NCBI GenBank assembly: GCA_035534435.1
Contig: DATLRX010000014.1
Coordinates: 5,998 to 69,997, forward strand
Length of the DNA stretch: 64,000 nucleotides
Reading direction: 5' to 3'
DNA from: Candidatus Acidiferrales bacterium
GTDB lineage: Bacteria > Chloroflexota > Dormibacteria > Aeolococcales > Aeolococcaceae
A program made the position numbers and the translations under genes. The notes under the pieces are model-generated. The model made no database searches and was not told where the DNA came from. It saw only the letters and a list, made by a program, of their open reading frames with translations. Below, one piece after another: positions 46,905-56,293 of this stretch. Numbering within the stretch: position 1 is the stretch's first letter; each line of letters opens with the position of its first letter.

Positions 46905-47023
46905 GCCGGACCGGCGGAGCGGCGCGGCTGCGCCAGGGAAACGGGCCTTCGCGCTCGTCGCGGCGTGCCGGACGGATAAGCCGGTACGCTGGAGTCCGGT
47001 TCGAAGTCAGTAGGAGGACTCGC

Positions 47024-47452
47024 ATGAGTGTCGACAGCAGCGCCACAGCGACGTGGGTGGGCGATCTCGCGACCGGCCAGGGCACCGTTCGCCCCGCCAG
47101 TGGTGCCTTTCCCGAGCTCGCGATGACCTCCGCCCGGCGCTTCCAGACCCGGGACACCGGCTCGAGCCCTGAGGAGTTGATCGCGGCGGCCCACGCATCC
47201 TGCCTGTCGATGGCGCTTGCGCACGGCCTCGCCACAGCCGGATACCCGCCCAAGCAGCTCAACGTCACCGCGCGCGTCACCGTCGGGTTGCCGGAGGGCA
47301 TCTCCGCCATTCACCTGACGATCAACGGCAAGGTCCCCGGCATCGACGCGGAGACGTTCTCGTCGGCGGTCGAAGCGGCCAAGGCGGGCTGTCCCGTGTC
47401 GAAGGCGCTCGCGGCCGTCCCGATCACGGCGGAGGCGACGCTGGAGCTGTAG
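47024..47452 (+). CDS. OsmC-family peroxiredoxin
   Basis: AGGAGGA RBS. 'SPEELIAAAHASCLSMAL' and 'AKAGCPVSKAL' carry the two conserved Cys residues. Confidence 0.8.
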   Translation: MSVDSSATATWVGDLATGQGTVRPASGAFPELAMTSARRFQTRDTGSSPEELIAAAHASCLSMALAHGLATAGYPPKQLNVTARVTVGLPEGISAIHLTINGKVPGIDAETFSSAVEAAKAGCPVSKALAAVPITAEATLEL

Positions 47453-47470
47453 CCCGACCGGGCTCGAGAG

Positions 47471-48523
47471 CTACTCGGGACCGGCGTCGAGCAGGCGCCA
47501 CGCCGATCCGCTCAGCTCCCATGTCTGCACGGGCTGCGCGATGGACTGCGCCTCGCTGAAGGCGAAGCCGAGCAGCAGCAGCTGCGACCGCGTGACGTCG
47601 GTCACCTCGGCCTGCGGCTGCGGCGGGACGCGATCGGTGGCAAGCGGCAACCACCGCGACCCGTCCCACGTCCAGAGCGCCGGCACCACGCCACCGACGA
47701 GGTCGCAGTTGCAGAGCACCAGGCTCCCCCGGTTGGGATCGAGGGCGATGGCCGTCGAGTCCGAGGGACTGTTCACCCCGGTCACGACGTGCCACTTCGA
47801 CCCGTCCCATCGCCACGTCGAAGCGGGCTCGGTGACCAGGTTGGCCGCCTGCGCAGCGCAGCATCCTTCGGCCAGCATCGTGCGCGAGATGGGGTCGTAC
47901 GCCAGGAGGATGCTCGAGTCGATCACCCCGAGCATCCCCGCGCTCTGACGGAGCCAATGGGTGCCTGTCCAGATCCATGTCTGACCGCCGCCGCCGCCCG
48001 GCGCTGACAGGGTTACCAGCAGCATCTGGTTCAAGGCCGGATCCCAGGCCATCTGTGACCCGCCGCCGGCCGGAGGCTCACCGGCGCCACCTGCGCTCAA
48101 CCTCTCCCAGTTCGTCCCATCCCACCCCCAGGTGTCGTTGACCGGAGCGCCCGACTGGAGATGCCCCCCGAAGAGGAGGATCTGCCCGCTCTGCGGGTCG
48201 AACGCCGCCGACGCGGCATAGCGACCCTTCGGGCTGTTCGCCGGGTGCAGGAGCGTCCATGTGGCGCCGTTCCAGGCCCACGTGTTGGCGACGTTCGAGA
48301 CACCGCCGAACAGCACCACCTCGCCGGTGGACGCGTCGTCGGCGACGCTGAACGCGAACGCCACCGACGGCTGGCGGGGCACCGGTGTCGGCCCGACGCT
48401 CGCCGGCGTGATGCGTGGCACCGGGTGTGACGGCGGTGGACGCTGGATCAGGGAAACGACGATGCCCATCGCCGCTGCAACGGCGATGAACGCCGCAAGA
48501 ATGACGCCTGGCCGCACGGTCAT
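47471..48523 (-). CDS. Membrane-anchored Kelch-repeat beta-propeller protein
   Basis: N-terminal TM 'VILAAFIAVAAAMGIVVSLI'. Repeated 'LFGG...TW.W.G..W' units. Confidence 0.65.
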   Translation of the reverse strand: MTVRPGVILAAFIAVAAAMGIVVSLIQRPPPSHPVPRITPASVGPTPVPRQPSVAFAFSVADDASTGEVVLFGGVSNVANTWAWNGATWTLLHPANSPKGRYAASAAFDPQSGQILLFGGHLQSGAPVNDTWGWDGTNWERLSAGGAGEPPAGGGSQMAWDPALNQMLLVTLSAPGGGGGQTWIWTGTHWLRQSAGMLGVIDSSILLAYDPISRTMLAEGCCAAQAANLVTEPASTWRWDGSKWHVVTGVNSPSDSTAIALDPNRGSLVLCNCDLVGGVVPALWTWDGSRWLPLATDRVPPQPQAEVTDVTRSQLLLLGFAFSEAQSIAQPVQTWELSGSAWRLLDAGPE

Positions 48524-48642
48524 CAGCTGCTGCTGCGAATGGCCACGCGGTCAGGATAGGCCCCGGAGCGCCGCGTGCAGGTTTGGTACGCTTGCCGTCA
48601 ATCGGCAAGCCTGACAATCGACAATTCGAGGGGGGACTGCGC

Positions 48643-49416
48643 ATGCGTCGGATGACTCTCGCCGTGGCCACCGGATGGCTCGCCATTCCGTTGGCGCTCG
48701 CGAGCACGACCAACGGCGTGGCCGCCGTGAGTCACGGTACGTTCCATTCAGGAAGCGCGATGGCCAGAGAAGCGGACTTCGAGTCTACCAACTGGTCGGG
48801 CTACGCGGACACCGGTCTCACGTACACACAGGTCAAGGGCACATGGAAGGTGCCGACCGTCAAGACCCAGAGCGGCAACAAGTACGCATCGGACTGGGTG
48901 GGCATCGGTGGGTTCAACGATGGCACGTTGATTCAGGCCGGGACGTCTGAGCAGATTCAGGGGGGCGTGATCTCGTACAACGCGTGGACTGAGATCATCC
49001 CTGCGCCCGAGGTGCCGATCCCCCGGTTCATCGTCCATCCCCGCGACTCGATGACCGTGACCGTGACGAAGGTCGCGGGCGTGAACCAGTGGTCGATCAC
49101 CGTCAAGGACACGACCGAAAGCGAGTCGTTCACGGAGGGATTCACCTACTCGTCATCGCAGGCGAGTGCCGAGTGGATTCACGAGGCGCCGACGGTCGGC
49201 GGCGGACAATCGGTGCTCGCCCTGACGACGAACGTGACGTTCACCCGCGGCACGGTCAACGGCTCGACGAAGATCGCCAGTGGTGGGACGGCCAACTCGA
49301 TCCAGATGGTCACGTCGGCGAACAAGCCCGAGGCAACACCGTCGTTGCTGAGCACGAAGGGCGACGCGTTCGCGGTTGCCGACGGCGCCAAGGCACCGAA
49401 GCCACCGTCCAGCTGA
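48643..49416 (+). CDS. Secreted peptidase G1 (eqolisin / scytalidoglutamic peptidase) family protein
   Basis: ATG 48643 lies behind GAGGGGGGA. Signal peptide present. 'STNWSGYA', 'DWVGIGGFNDGTLIQAGT' (candidate catalytic Gln) and 'ASAEWIHEAP' (candidate catalytic Glu). Confidence 0.7.
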   Translation: MRRMTLAVATGWLAIPLALASTTNGVAAVSHGTFHSGSAMAREADFESTNWSGYADTGLTYTQVKGTWKVPTVKTQSGNKYASDWVGIGGFNDGTLIQAGTSEQIQGGVISYNAWTEIIPAPEVPIPRFIVHPRDSMTVTVTKVAGVNQWSITVKDTTESESFTEGFTYSSSQASAEWIHEAPTVGGGQSVLALTTNVTFTRGTVNGSTKIASGGTANSIQMVTSANKPEATPSLLSTKGDAFAVADGAKAPKPPSS

Positions 49417-49428
49417 CCTCCAGGAGCC

Positions 49429-50208
49429 TCAGGGCGACCAGTTGAAGTCAACCACGACAGGCGCGTGGTCCGATGGTCCAGTGCCCTTGCGCGCATCGCG
49501 ATCGATGTACGCATCGGTGACCGTCGCGGCCACCGCCTCGTCGAGGAGCACCAGGTCGATACGCATGCCCTTGCCGGTGTGGAACATCCCGGCACGATAG
49601 TCCCAGTACGTGAACGGCAGTCCCTTGAACGCGCGCGGCTGCACGTCACGCAGTCCCAGCGCCACCAGCGCGGCGAGCGCCTCGCGCTCCGCCGCGCTGA
49701 CATGCGTGGAGCCGATGAACTCAGCCGGGTCCCAGACGTCGGCGTCGGTCGGTGCGATGTTGAAATCGCCGCACACCGCGAGTGCCTGGCCGGAGTCGCG
49801 ACCGGTGGTGAGCGCGCCCTTGATGGCGGCGAGCCAGCGCAACTTGTACTGATAGTGGTCGTTGTCGAGCGTCCGGCCGTTGGGGACGTAGACCGACCAG
49901 ACGCGGAGCCCTCCGCAGGTCGCGCTCAGTGCCCGCGCCTCCGGGTCCGGAAAACCCGGCTCACCGGTGAAACCACGCTCGACGTCGATGAGCCCAACCT
50001 TCGAGACGATCGCGACGCCGTTCCAGCGACCGTCACCGTGCAGCGCGAGCTCGTATCCGAGCGCCTCGACCTCCGCACGCGGAAAGCCCCCGTCAGCGAT
50101 CTTCGTCTCCTGCAGGCAGAGCACGTCCGGCCGCGCCGTTTCGAGCCACCCGACGAGGCGGGGAAGCCGCGCGACGACGGAGTTGACGTTCCAGGTGGCC
50201 AGGCGCAC
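49429..50208 (-). CDS. xthA: Exodeoxyribonuclease III
   Basis: 'MRLATWNVNSV', 'LCLQETK' and 'PSDHAPVVVDF'. Confidence 0.9.
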   Translation of the reverse strand: MRLATWNVNSVVARLPRLVGWLETARPDVLCLQETKIADGGFPRAEVEALGYELALHGDGRWNGVAIVSKVGLIDVERGFTGEPGFPDPEARALSATCGGLRVWSVYVPNGRTLDNDHYQYKLRWLAAIKGALTTGRDSGQALAVCGDFNIAPTDADVWDPAEFIGSTHVSAAEREALAALVALGLRDVQPRAFKGLPFTYWDYRAGMFHTGKGMRIDLVLLDEAVAATVTDAYIDRDARKGTGPSDHAPVVVDFNWSP

Positions 50209-50234
50209 GCGTGCAAGGATAGTCGGCTCACGGC

Positions 50235-50855
50235 TCAGAGCCGGAGGCCGCCTTCGAGGTGTCCCATCGCCTCATCGAACAGCGTTGCCAGATGGGCCGA
50301 CGGGTCCTCGAGCATCGAAAACAGTACGGCCATCGCCACGCCGACGACCGCGCCGGCGAGTGTCCTGACCGCCATGTCATCCGTGCTGCGTCCAGTTCGT
50401 TCGGCCAGGACGCTCGCCAGCAGACTCATCGCCTGGCCGAATTGATCGAGCATCGAGGCACGGAGCTCGGGGACCGCGAGGATGAGCTGCATGCGCTCCG
50501 CCTGCGCCGCAATCTCCTCGGCGGTGAGCTCCGCGAACGACTCGTGAAACGCGACGCGCAGCGCCTGCAGGGGGCTGAGCGACGCGGGCTGTCGCTGGAA
50601 CGCGGCAACGATGATCGGATCGAAGTCGTCGGAGAGGACGACGTCGGCCTTGTTCGGGAAATACCGGAAGAACGTGCTCTCGGAGATCTCGACGTCGTCG
50701 ATGATCTGCTGCACCGTCGTCGCGTCATATCCCTGCGTCATGAAGAGCTGCAGCGCGCGCCGGCGGATCGCCTCGCGTGTGCGCTCCTTCTTTCGCTCGC
50801 GCAGCCCGGCGGCCGGGTGGCTAGCTGATTCCGACAAGTGGCCGTTCCTCGACAC
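50235..50855 (-). CDS. TetR-family transcriptional regulator
   Basis: HTH region 'REAIRRRALQLFMTQGYDATTVQQIIDDVEISESTFFRYFPNKADV'. Its start overlaps the 3' end of the MFS gene. Confidence 0.85.
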   Translation of the reverse strand: MSRNGHLSESASHPAAGLRERKKERTREAIRRRALQLFMTQGYDATTVQQIIDDVEISESTFFRYFPNKADVVLSDDFDPIIVAAFQRQPASLSPLQALRVAFHESFAELTAEEIAAQAERMQLILAVPELRASMLDQFGQAMSLLASVLAERTGRSTDDMAVRTLAGAVVGVAMAVLFSMLEDPSAHLATLFDEAMGHLEGGLRL

Positions 50856-52374
50856 TGTTCACCTGCAGAGTGTCCTGCAATTGGTTGTGTCGCGGCAGGA
50901 ACAGCAACGTCAGCACCACCCCGACGAGCGCGATCCCCGCGGAGACGAGCAACGCCGCGTCCATGCCGTCCACGAACGCGGTGCGGACGGAATGCAGCAG
51001 CGCGCTCGAGCCGAGCTGCTGCGCAACCGCGACGCCGCCGAACACGCTCTGACGGACGGCCGTGGCGGCAGCGGTGGGCAGGCCGGACAGCGCGAGCCGG
51101 GAGAGATAGATCGAGCTGAGCACGCTGCCGAGAATCGCGGTGCCGAACGGACCGCCGACCTTGTTCACCGCCTGCAGGACCGCCGAGCCGACACCACTGC
51201 GCTCCTCGGAGAGCTCGACGAGCGCTGCGGACGTCGACGTCGACAGCGCGAGACCCATGCCCACCCCGACGACCGCCATCCAGATCACCACGAAGAGGGC
51301 GCTCGAGCCGACAGCGGTGGTCGCCCCGATGGACAGCCCGACGCTCAGCAGGACGAAGCCGGCGGCGGCGGTCAGCTTGGCCCCGATGGTCCGGACCACA
51401 CGCTCGGCGGGGATCGCCCCGACAACGAGGCCACCGATGATCGGCAGGAGCCGGAGGCCGGATCCCATCGCGTCGGTGCCGGCGACGCCCTGGAAGTACT
51501 GGGGCAGCGTGAAGAGGACACCGATCATGGAGAGCACGGCGACCGCGGCGAGCAGGACTCCCCAGGTGAACGACGCTGACCGGAACAGGGAGAGATCCAG
51601 CAGCGGCCGGCCTCCCGGCCGGTTGGTGAGATGGCGCTCCCAGGCGAAGAACCCGGCCAGGACGACGACCCCGGCGATCATCGCGAGCAACGCGCGAGGG
51701 TCGCTCCATCCGTCCTGACCTGCGGTGATGAGTCCGTACGTCAGCGCCACGAGGCCGGCCATCGAAAGAGTCACGCCGATCAGATCGATGGCGGGACGCT
51801 CCAATGGGCGTGACTCGGGCACGAGCGCAATCAGGGCGATGACTCCCACCACCGCAATGGGCGCATTGATGAGGAACACCCACCCCCACCAGAAGTTGGT
51901 CAGCAGCCAGCCGCCCAGAATCGGACCGATCGGCAAGGACAGGAAATTCGCCGCGGCCCAGATCCCCACGGCCTTCGGGCGCTCCTCCTTGGTGAAGAGC
52001 ACGGTCAGTGCGGAGATGGCCATGACGACGACGCCCGCTCCGGCGAAACCCAGCAGAACGCGGGCGGCGAGGAACTCCCCCACCGTGGTCGAGAACGCGC
52101 ACAGGACCGATCCCGCCCCGAAGAGCGAGAGCGCGATCACCAGCACCCGCTTGTGTCCGTACCGATCGCCGAGGAGTCCGGCCGGCAGCATCGCGGCAGC
52201 GAGCACCAGGAAGTACGCCGACGAGAACCACTGGAGGTCGGACTCCGACGCGTGCAGCGACTTCGCGAGCGTCGGCAGCGCCACGCTGAGCACCGTGCCG
52301 TCGAGCCCCACCGCCAGAACGCCGAGGCTCACCGCCGCCAGCGCCCACCACCTCTGTGCTCTCTGCGTCTTCAT
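50821..52374 (-). CDS. MFS transporter, 14-TM DHA2 (EmrB/QacA-like) type
   Basis: ATG 52374 lies behind AGAGGTG. 'LGVLAVGLDGTVLSVALPTLAKSL', 'LLGDRYGHKRVL' and many TM segments. Confidence 0.85.
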   Translation of the reverse strand: MKTQRAQRWWALAAVSLGVLAVGLDGTVLSVALPTLAKSLHASESDLQWFSSAYFLVLAAAMLPAGLLGDRYGHKRVLVIALSLFGAGSVLCAFSTTVGEFLAARVLLGFAGAGVVVMAISALTVLFTKEERPKAVGIWAAANFLSLPIGPILGGWLLTNFWWGWVFLINAPIAVVGVIALIALVPESRPLERPAIDLIGVTLSMAGLVALTYGLITAGQDGWSDPRALLAMIAGVVVLAGFFAWERHLTNRPGGRPLLDLSLFRSASFTWGVLLAAVAVLSMIGVLFTLPQYFQGVAGTDAMGSGLRLLPIIGGLVVGAIPAERVVRTIGAKLTAAAGFVLLSVGLSIGATTAVGSSALFVVIWMAVVGVGMGLALSTSTSAALVELSEERSGVGSAVLQAVNKVGGPFGTAILGSVLSSIYLSRLALSGLPTAAATAVRQSVFGGVAVAQQLGSSALLHSVRTAFVDGMDAALLVSAGIALVGVVLTLLFLPRHNQLQDTLQVNSVEERPLVGIS

Positions 52375-52391
52375 GGCAGTCACCTCTTTCT

Positions 52392-52421
52392 GAATGTTAC
52401 TTTCATATGATGGTAGCATTC
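52392..52421. promoter_or_regulatory. AT-rich imperfect palindrome, candidate TetR operator
   Basis: GAATGTTACTTTCATATGATGGTAGCATTC has 24 of 30 positions symmetric about the central CATATG. It lies 18 nt upstream of the MFS start, in the divergent region shared with trpB2. Confidence 0.45.
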
Positions 52422-52521
52422 ATGGCGACGCGGCGCAATACGCGCCGGCGCTGACTCGGCATCCCGACGGGGCGTATCCTCCGTGCACGCATCGGAGCGG
52501 CACGGGCATGAGGTGGATGAG

Positions 52522-53889
52522 ATGACAACCAAGTACCTGCTCTCGGAAGACGAGCTCCCGTCGCACTGGTACAACATCCTTGCGGACATTCCCGAGCCGA
52601 TGGGCGCCTTCCTGAGCCCGCGGACGCTCGAGCCGCTCACACCGCCCGACCTCACGCCGATCTTCCCGATGGCGATCATCGGGCAGGAGGTGTCGACCGA
52701 ACGCTGGATCGAGATCCCGGATCGCGTGCGCGAGATCTACAAGCTCTGGCGGCCCACTCCGCTCTACCGCGCCAAGCGGCTCGAGAAGGCGCTCGATACT
52801 CCGGCGAAGATCTTCTACAAGTACGAGGGCGTCTCGCCCGCGGGATCGCACAAGCCGAACACCGCGGTGGCACAGGCGTACTACAACGCCGAGGAGGGAA
52901 TCAAGCGGCTCACCACCGAGACCGGAGCCGGCCAATGGGGCTCCGCCCTCGCGTTCGCGGGCGGGCTCTTCGGCCTCGAGGTGATGGTCTACATGGTGAA
53001 GGTCTCGTACCAGCAGAAGCCGTACCGCCGGGCGCTCATGGAGACCTGGGGAGCGAAGGTGCTGCCCTCGCCCACCGATCAGACCGAGTTCGGCCGGAGC
53101 GTGCTCGCCAAGGATCCGGACTCGCCCGGCAGCCTCGGCATCGCGATCTCGGAGGCGGTCGAGGACGCGGCGACACGTGATGACAGCCACTACTCCCTCG
53201 GATCCGTCGTCAACCACGTCCTGCTCCACCAGACGGTCATCGGCCAGGAGGCCAAGCGTCAGATGGAGATGGCCGATGCGTACCCGGACGTCGTCATCGG
53301 CTGTGTCGGCGGTGGTTCGAACTTCGCCGGCGTCGCCTATCCGTTCCTCGCCGACCGCCTCGCCGGCACCGCCAAAACCCGGTTCATCGCTGCAGAGCCC
53401 GCAGCCTGCCCGACGCTGACACGCGGTCTGTACGCGTACGACTTCGGCGATACCGCCGGCATGGGCCCGGTCGTCCCGATGTACACACTCGGGCACAGCT
53501 TCATTCCGGACAGCATCCACGCCGGCGGGCTCCGGTACCACGGCGATGCGCCATCCCTGTGCCTCCTCGTCAAGAACGGGCTCATCGAAGCACGCGCATA
53601 CAAGCAGAACGAGTGCTTCGCCGAGGCGGTGCGCTTCGCACGCAGTGAGGGCATCCTGCCCGCGCCCGAGCCGTCGCACGCGCTGCGCGCCGTCGCCGAG
53701 GAGGCAGCCGCCGCCCGCGAGGCCGGCGACGAGCGCGTGATCCTCTTCAACCTCTCGGGGCACGGCCACTTCGACCTCGCCGCGTACGACGCGTACTTCG
53801 CCGGTCAGCTCAAGGATGTCGAGCTGCCCCAGGAGCGGCTCGACACCGCGCTCGCCGAGCTGCCCAAGGTCCCAGTCGGCGCTGCCTGA
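52522..53889 (+). CDS. TrpB-like PLP-dependent enzyme (tryptophan synthase beta, TrpB2 type)
   Basis: ATG 52522 lies behind GAGGTGG. '[17 protein letters not shown]' (PLP Lys) and '[11 protein letters not shown]'. No trpA is adjacent. Confidence 0.85.
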   Translation: MTTKYLLSEDELPSHWYNILADIPEPMGAFLSPRTLEPLTPPDLTPIFPMAIIGQEVSTERWIEIPDRVREIYKLWRPTPLYRAKRLEKALDTPAKIFYKYEGVSPAGSHKPNTAVAQAYYNAEEGIKRLTTETGAGQWGSALAFAGGLFGLEVMVYMVKVSYQQKPYRRALMETWGAKVLPSPTDQTEFGRSVLAKDPDSPGSLGIAISEAVEDAATRDDSHYSLGSVVNHVLLHQTVIGQEAKRQMEMADAYPDVVIGCVGGGSNFAGVAYPFLADRLAGTAKTRFIAAEPAACPTLTRGLYAYDFGDTAGMGPVVPMYTLGHSFIPDSIHAGGLRYHGDAPSLCLLVKNGLIEARAYKQNECFAEAVRFARSEGILPAPEPSHALRAVAEEAAAAREAGDERVILFNLSGHGHFDLAAYDAYFAGQLKDVELPQERLDTALAELPKVPVGAA

Positions 53890-53925
53890 GGCCACGCTCT
53901 GTCACCCGCACAGGTACGCTGACCT

Positions 53926-54462
53926 GTGACCGACCATGCCGTGGTGGATCGCGGTCTCACGGACGCGGGTGCCGGCCCGCGCCCGCACGGCCTCGGGATC
54001 GCGGTCGTCTTCGACTGGGCGCTGACCGCGCAGCTGACGACCCAGGCGCTGGCATCCGCAACCCGGAACCTCGGCCTCACGCCGAACCCACTCATGATCT
54101 CCGGCGCGCTGCTGGCCGCGGCGCTGCTCTTCGCGCTCGGCGAAGGGGTGCGCCGCGGGGTCAAGGCGCTGCGCCTCGTCCAGGTGGGGCTGATGGCGGT
54201 GATCACGGCGATCGGCGTCGTGTCACTGGTGCAGCTCATCATCGGGCCGCGCAGCGGTAGCCTCGCCTTCACCACCGCGATCGAGCTCAGTTACCCGCCC
54301 TGGGTGCTCTGGCGGCTGCTCACTCCGCAGACCGCTGCGTGGTTCGCGCTCCCGGGACGGCACAAACGCGCGCCCCTGACATCCGGCTGGAAATGGGTTG
54401 CGGTGCTCGCGATCTGGGCGATCGCGTGGGGCGTCGTCGTCGCGTGGGCCGAGTCGCTCTAG
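53926..54462 (+). CDS. Hypothetical membrane protein
   Basis: 178 aa with four or five hydrophobic segments. Confidence 0.45.
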   Translation: MTDHAVVDRGLTDAGAGPRPHGLGIAVVFDWALTAQLTTQALASATRNLGLTPNPLMISGALLAAALLFALGEGVRRGVKALRLVQVGLMAVITAIGVVSLVQLIIGPRSGSLAFTTAIELSYPPWVLWRLLTPQTAAWFALPGRHKRAPLTSGWKWVAVLAIWAIAWGVVVAWAESL

Positions 54463-54983
54463 GGTGTGCCGAGCAACTGGCTCAGCGTCACGGTCTGCAG
54501 TCCTTTGCTCGTGAGGTAGGCGACGATCTCCGGCAACTCCACTTCCAGCAGCTCAGAACGGATCTGGGCATCGGAGAGCGTGGCAAGGTCGGGGTGCGAG
54601 AACGTGTGATTGCACATTTCCACCCGGCCTTCCGCGATCAACACCCTGATCCGGGCAACATACGGTGCGAAGTTCATGGCGTACATGCCGTTTGGGCAGA
54701 AGGTGGCGCTCGCGCCGGTCAACGCAAGGTTGGTGACCAACGTCCCGATGCAACTCTCACAACGCCTTTCGTCGAACGTCAGGGCGACCTCATTGCTGCT
54801 CCTCGGTCCTTGATAGACCGTGAGTGCATTGCCGGGGACGGCCGGCGGAATCGGTGGAAGGGTGGGAATCGAGCTCGGCTCCGGGCTCGGCGCAACCGTG
54901 GGCGCGGCAGATGCAGAAGGCGTTTGACCTGGCGTCACGTTCGCAGCCGCGCATCCGGTCATGGCGAAGGCAGTGACCGCCAC
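54459..54983 (-). CDS. Lipoprotein with a short, degenerate NodB (polysaccharide deacetylase)-like domain
   Basis: Lipobox 'AMTGCAAA'. 'ALTFDERRCESC' replaces the TFDDG motif. 'MCNHTFSHPDL' is H(S/T)xxH-like. The protein is about 60 aa shorter than a full NodB domain. Confidence 0.4.
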   Translation of the reverse strand: MAVTAFAMTGCAAANVTPGQTPSASAAPTVAPSPEPSSIPTLPPIPPAVPGNALTVYQGPRSSNEVALTFDERRCESCIGTLVTNLALTGASATFCPNGMYAMNFAPYVARIRVLIAEGRVEMCNHTFSHPDLATLSDAQIRSELLEVELPEIVAYLTSKGLQTVTLSQLLGTP

Positions 54984-55462
54984 GAGGTGACCCCCAAGCG
55001 TGCCTTCACGAAGCCACGACGGTGGTGCGGGGTCATAGCCCGATGTCCGGAGTCACCCTCCCGATTGTCCGCTCAGCGCTCCGTCGTGTCGCGCACCACA
55101 GCAGTGACGAGGGGCTGGCCGTCGACGCTCACGTCAGCGGGCGTTCGGGCTGCCCCAGCCGGGTGAGCTCGTCCTGCTCCGGACTGCGCTGCACGGACGG
55201 CTTCCTCCGCCGCGCCCGCTCGACACGATTTGCGGTGATCATGCGTGTGACGAGTTCGCTGAAGCCCACATCAGGCCCGAGGGGTTGCTGTCGCGGAGTC
55301 GTCTGGCGGCCGGTCATACCTGCACCCTGAGACGGATTCCGGTGCAACCGGGCGCATCAGCCATGGTCGCAACAGCCTCCGCTCAGATGCGTTGCACACG
55401 GCTATGTCCGCTGGCGCGCACTGGACTCCGACGGATTCGACGCGCTCCGTAGACTGAAGCGG

Positions 55463-56293
55463 GTGCCCCTACGGCATACCTATCTCTTCAGCGTGGACCT
55501 TGAAGACGTCCGATTTGCGATGACGGATGGACGTCGGTATCGAGAACGGGTGCCTCGCAACGCCCACGCATACCTGGACTGGCTCCGCAAGCACAAGTTC
55601 ACGTGCACGTTCTTCGTCGTGAGTGACGTGGCCGAGGCCTATCCGTCCCTCATCGAGGAGATCGCATCTGAAGGACATGAGGTCGCCTGTCATGGCTACC
55701 GCCACGTTCCGCTCGATCAGCAGAGCGCAGAGGATTTCAAGCGCGACACGGCCCTTGCGATCGAAGTGCTTCTCAAGACCGGCGCCAAACGCGTCGAGGG
55801 CATCCGCGCGCCAGTGTTCTCGATGACAGAGGCGACGCAGGACCGCTACCCGATCATGGAAGCACTGGGATTCACATACTCGAGCTCCGTGCTCCCCGCC
55901 CGCAATCCCCTCTACGGGTGGAAGGCCTTCGGCACAGACGCGCGGCGGGTGGGGACGAGACTCGTCGAGATCCCCATGTCCGTTGCGCGGGTCGGACCGG
56001 TGACAGTGCCGCTCGCCGGCGGGATCTACTTCCGCAACCTTCCGGAGCGGCTGATCACCCGACGCGCGACGCAGTACCAGCGCAGCGGCATTCCCATGAG
56101 CGGGTACTTTCACCCGTACGACATCGATACCGAGCAGGAGCACTTCATGCATCCGGGGATCAAGAACAATCGCGTGTTCAACGCACTGATGTATCGCAAC
56201 CGTCAGAGCGTGTTCCGCCGGCTCGATTCGCTCGTTGCACATGGCTTCTCGGTGTCGACGTATCGGGACCATGTCGCGGTGTGCTTTCCCTAG
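55463..56293 (+). CDS. Polysaccharide deacetylase family protein (DUF3473-type C-terminus)
   Basis: 'YLFSVDLEDV', 'CTFFVVSDVAEAYPSLIEEIASEGHEVACHGYRH' and 'YFHPYD'. Confidence 0.75.
   Translation: MPLRHTYLFSVDLEDVRFAMTDGRRYRERVPRNAHAYLDWLRKHKFTCTFFVVSDVAEAYPSLIEEIASEGHEVACHGYRHVPLDQQSAEDFKRDTALAIEVLLKTGAKRVEGIRAPVFSMTEATQDRYPIMEALGFTYSSSVLPARNPLYGWKAFGTDARRVGTRLVEIPMSVARVGPVTVPLAGGIYFRNLPERLITRRATQYQRSGIPMSGYFHPYDIDTEQEHFMHPGIKNNRVFNALMYRNRQSVFRRLDSLVAHGFSVSTYRDHVAVCFP

Noticed and set aside
54984-55462. About 480 bp with only weak ORFs (55022..55330 + and 55129..55347 -).
   Set aside because: The plus-strand ORF is Arg/Ser/Cys-rich and not protein-like. The 72-aa minus-strand ORF is marginally plausible, but it has no RBS or motif I can support. 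The region is left unannotated.
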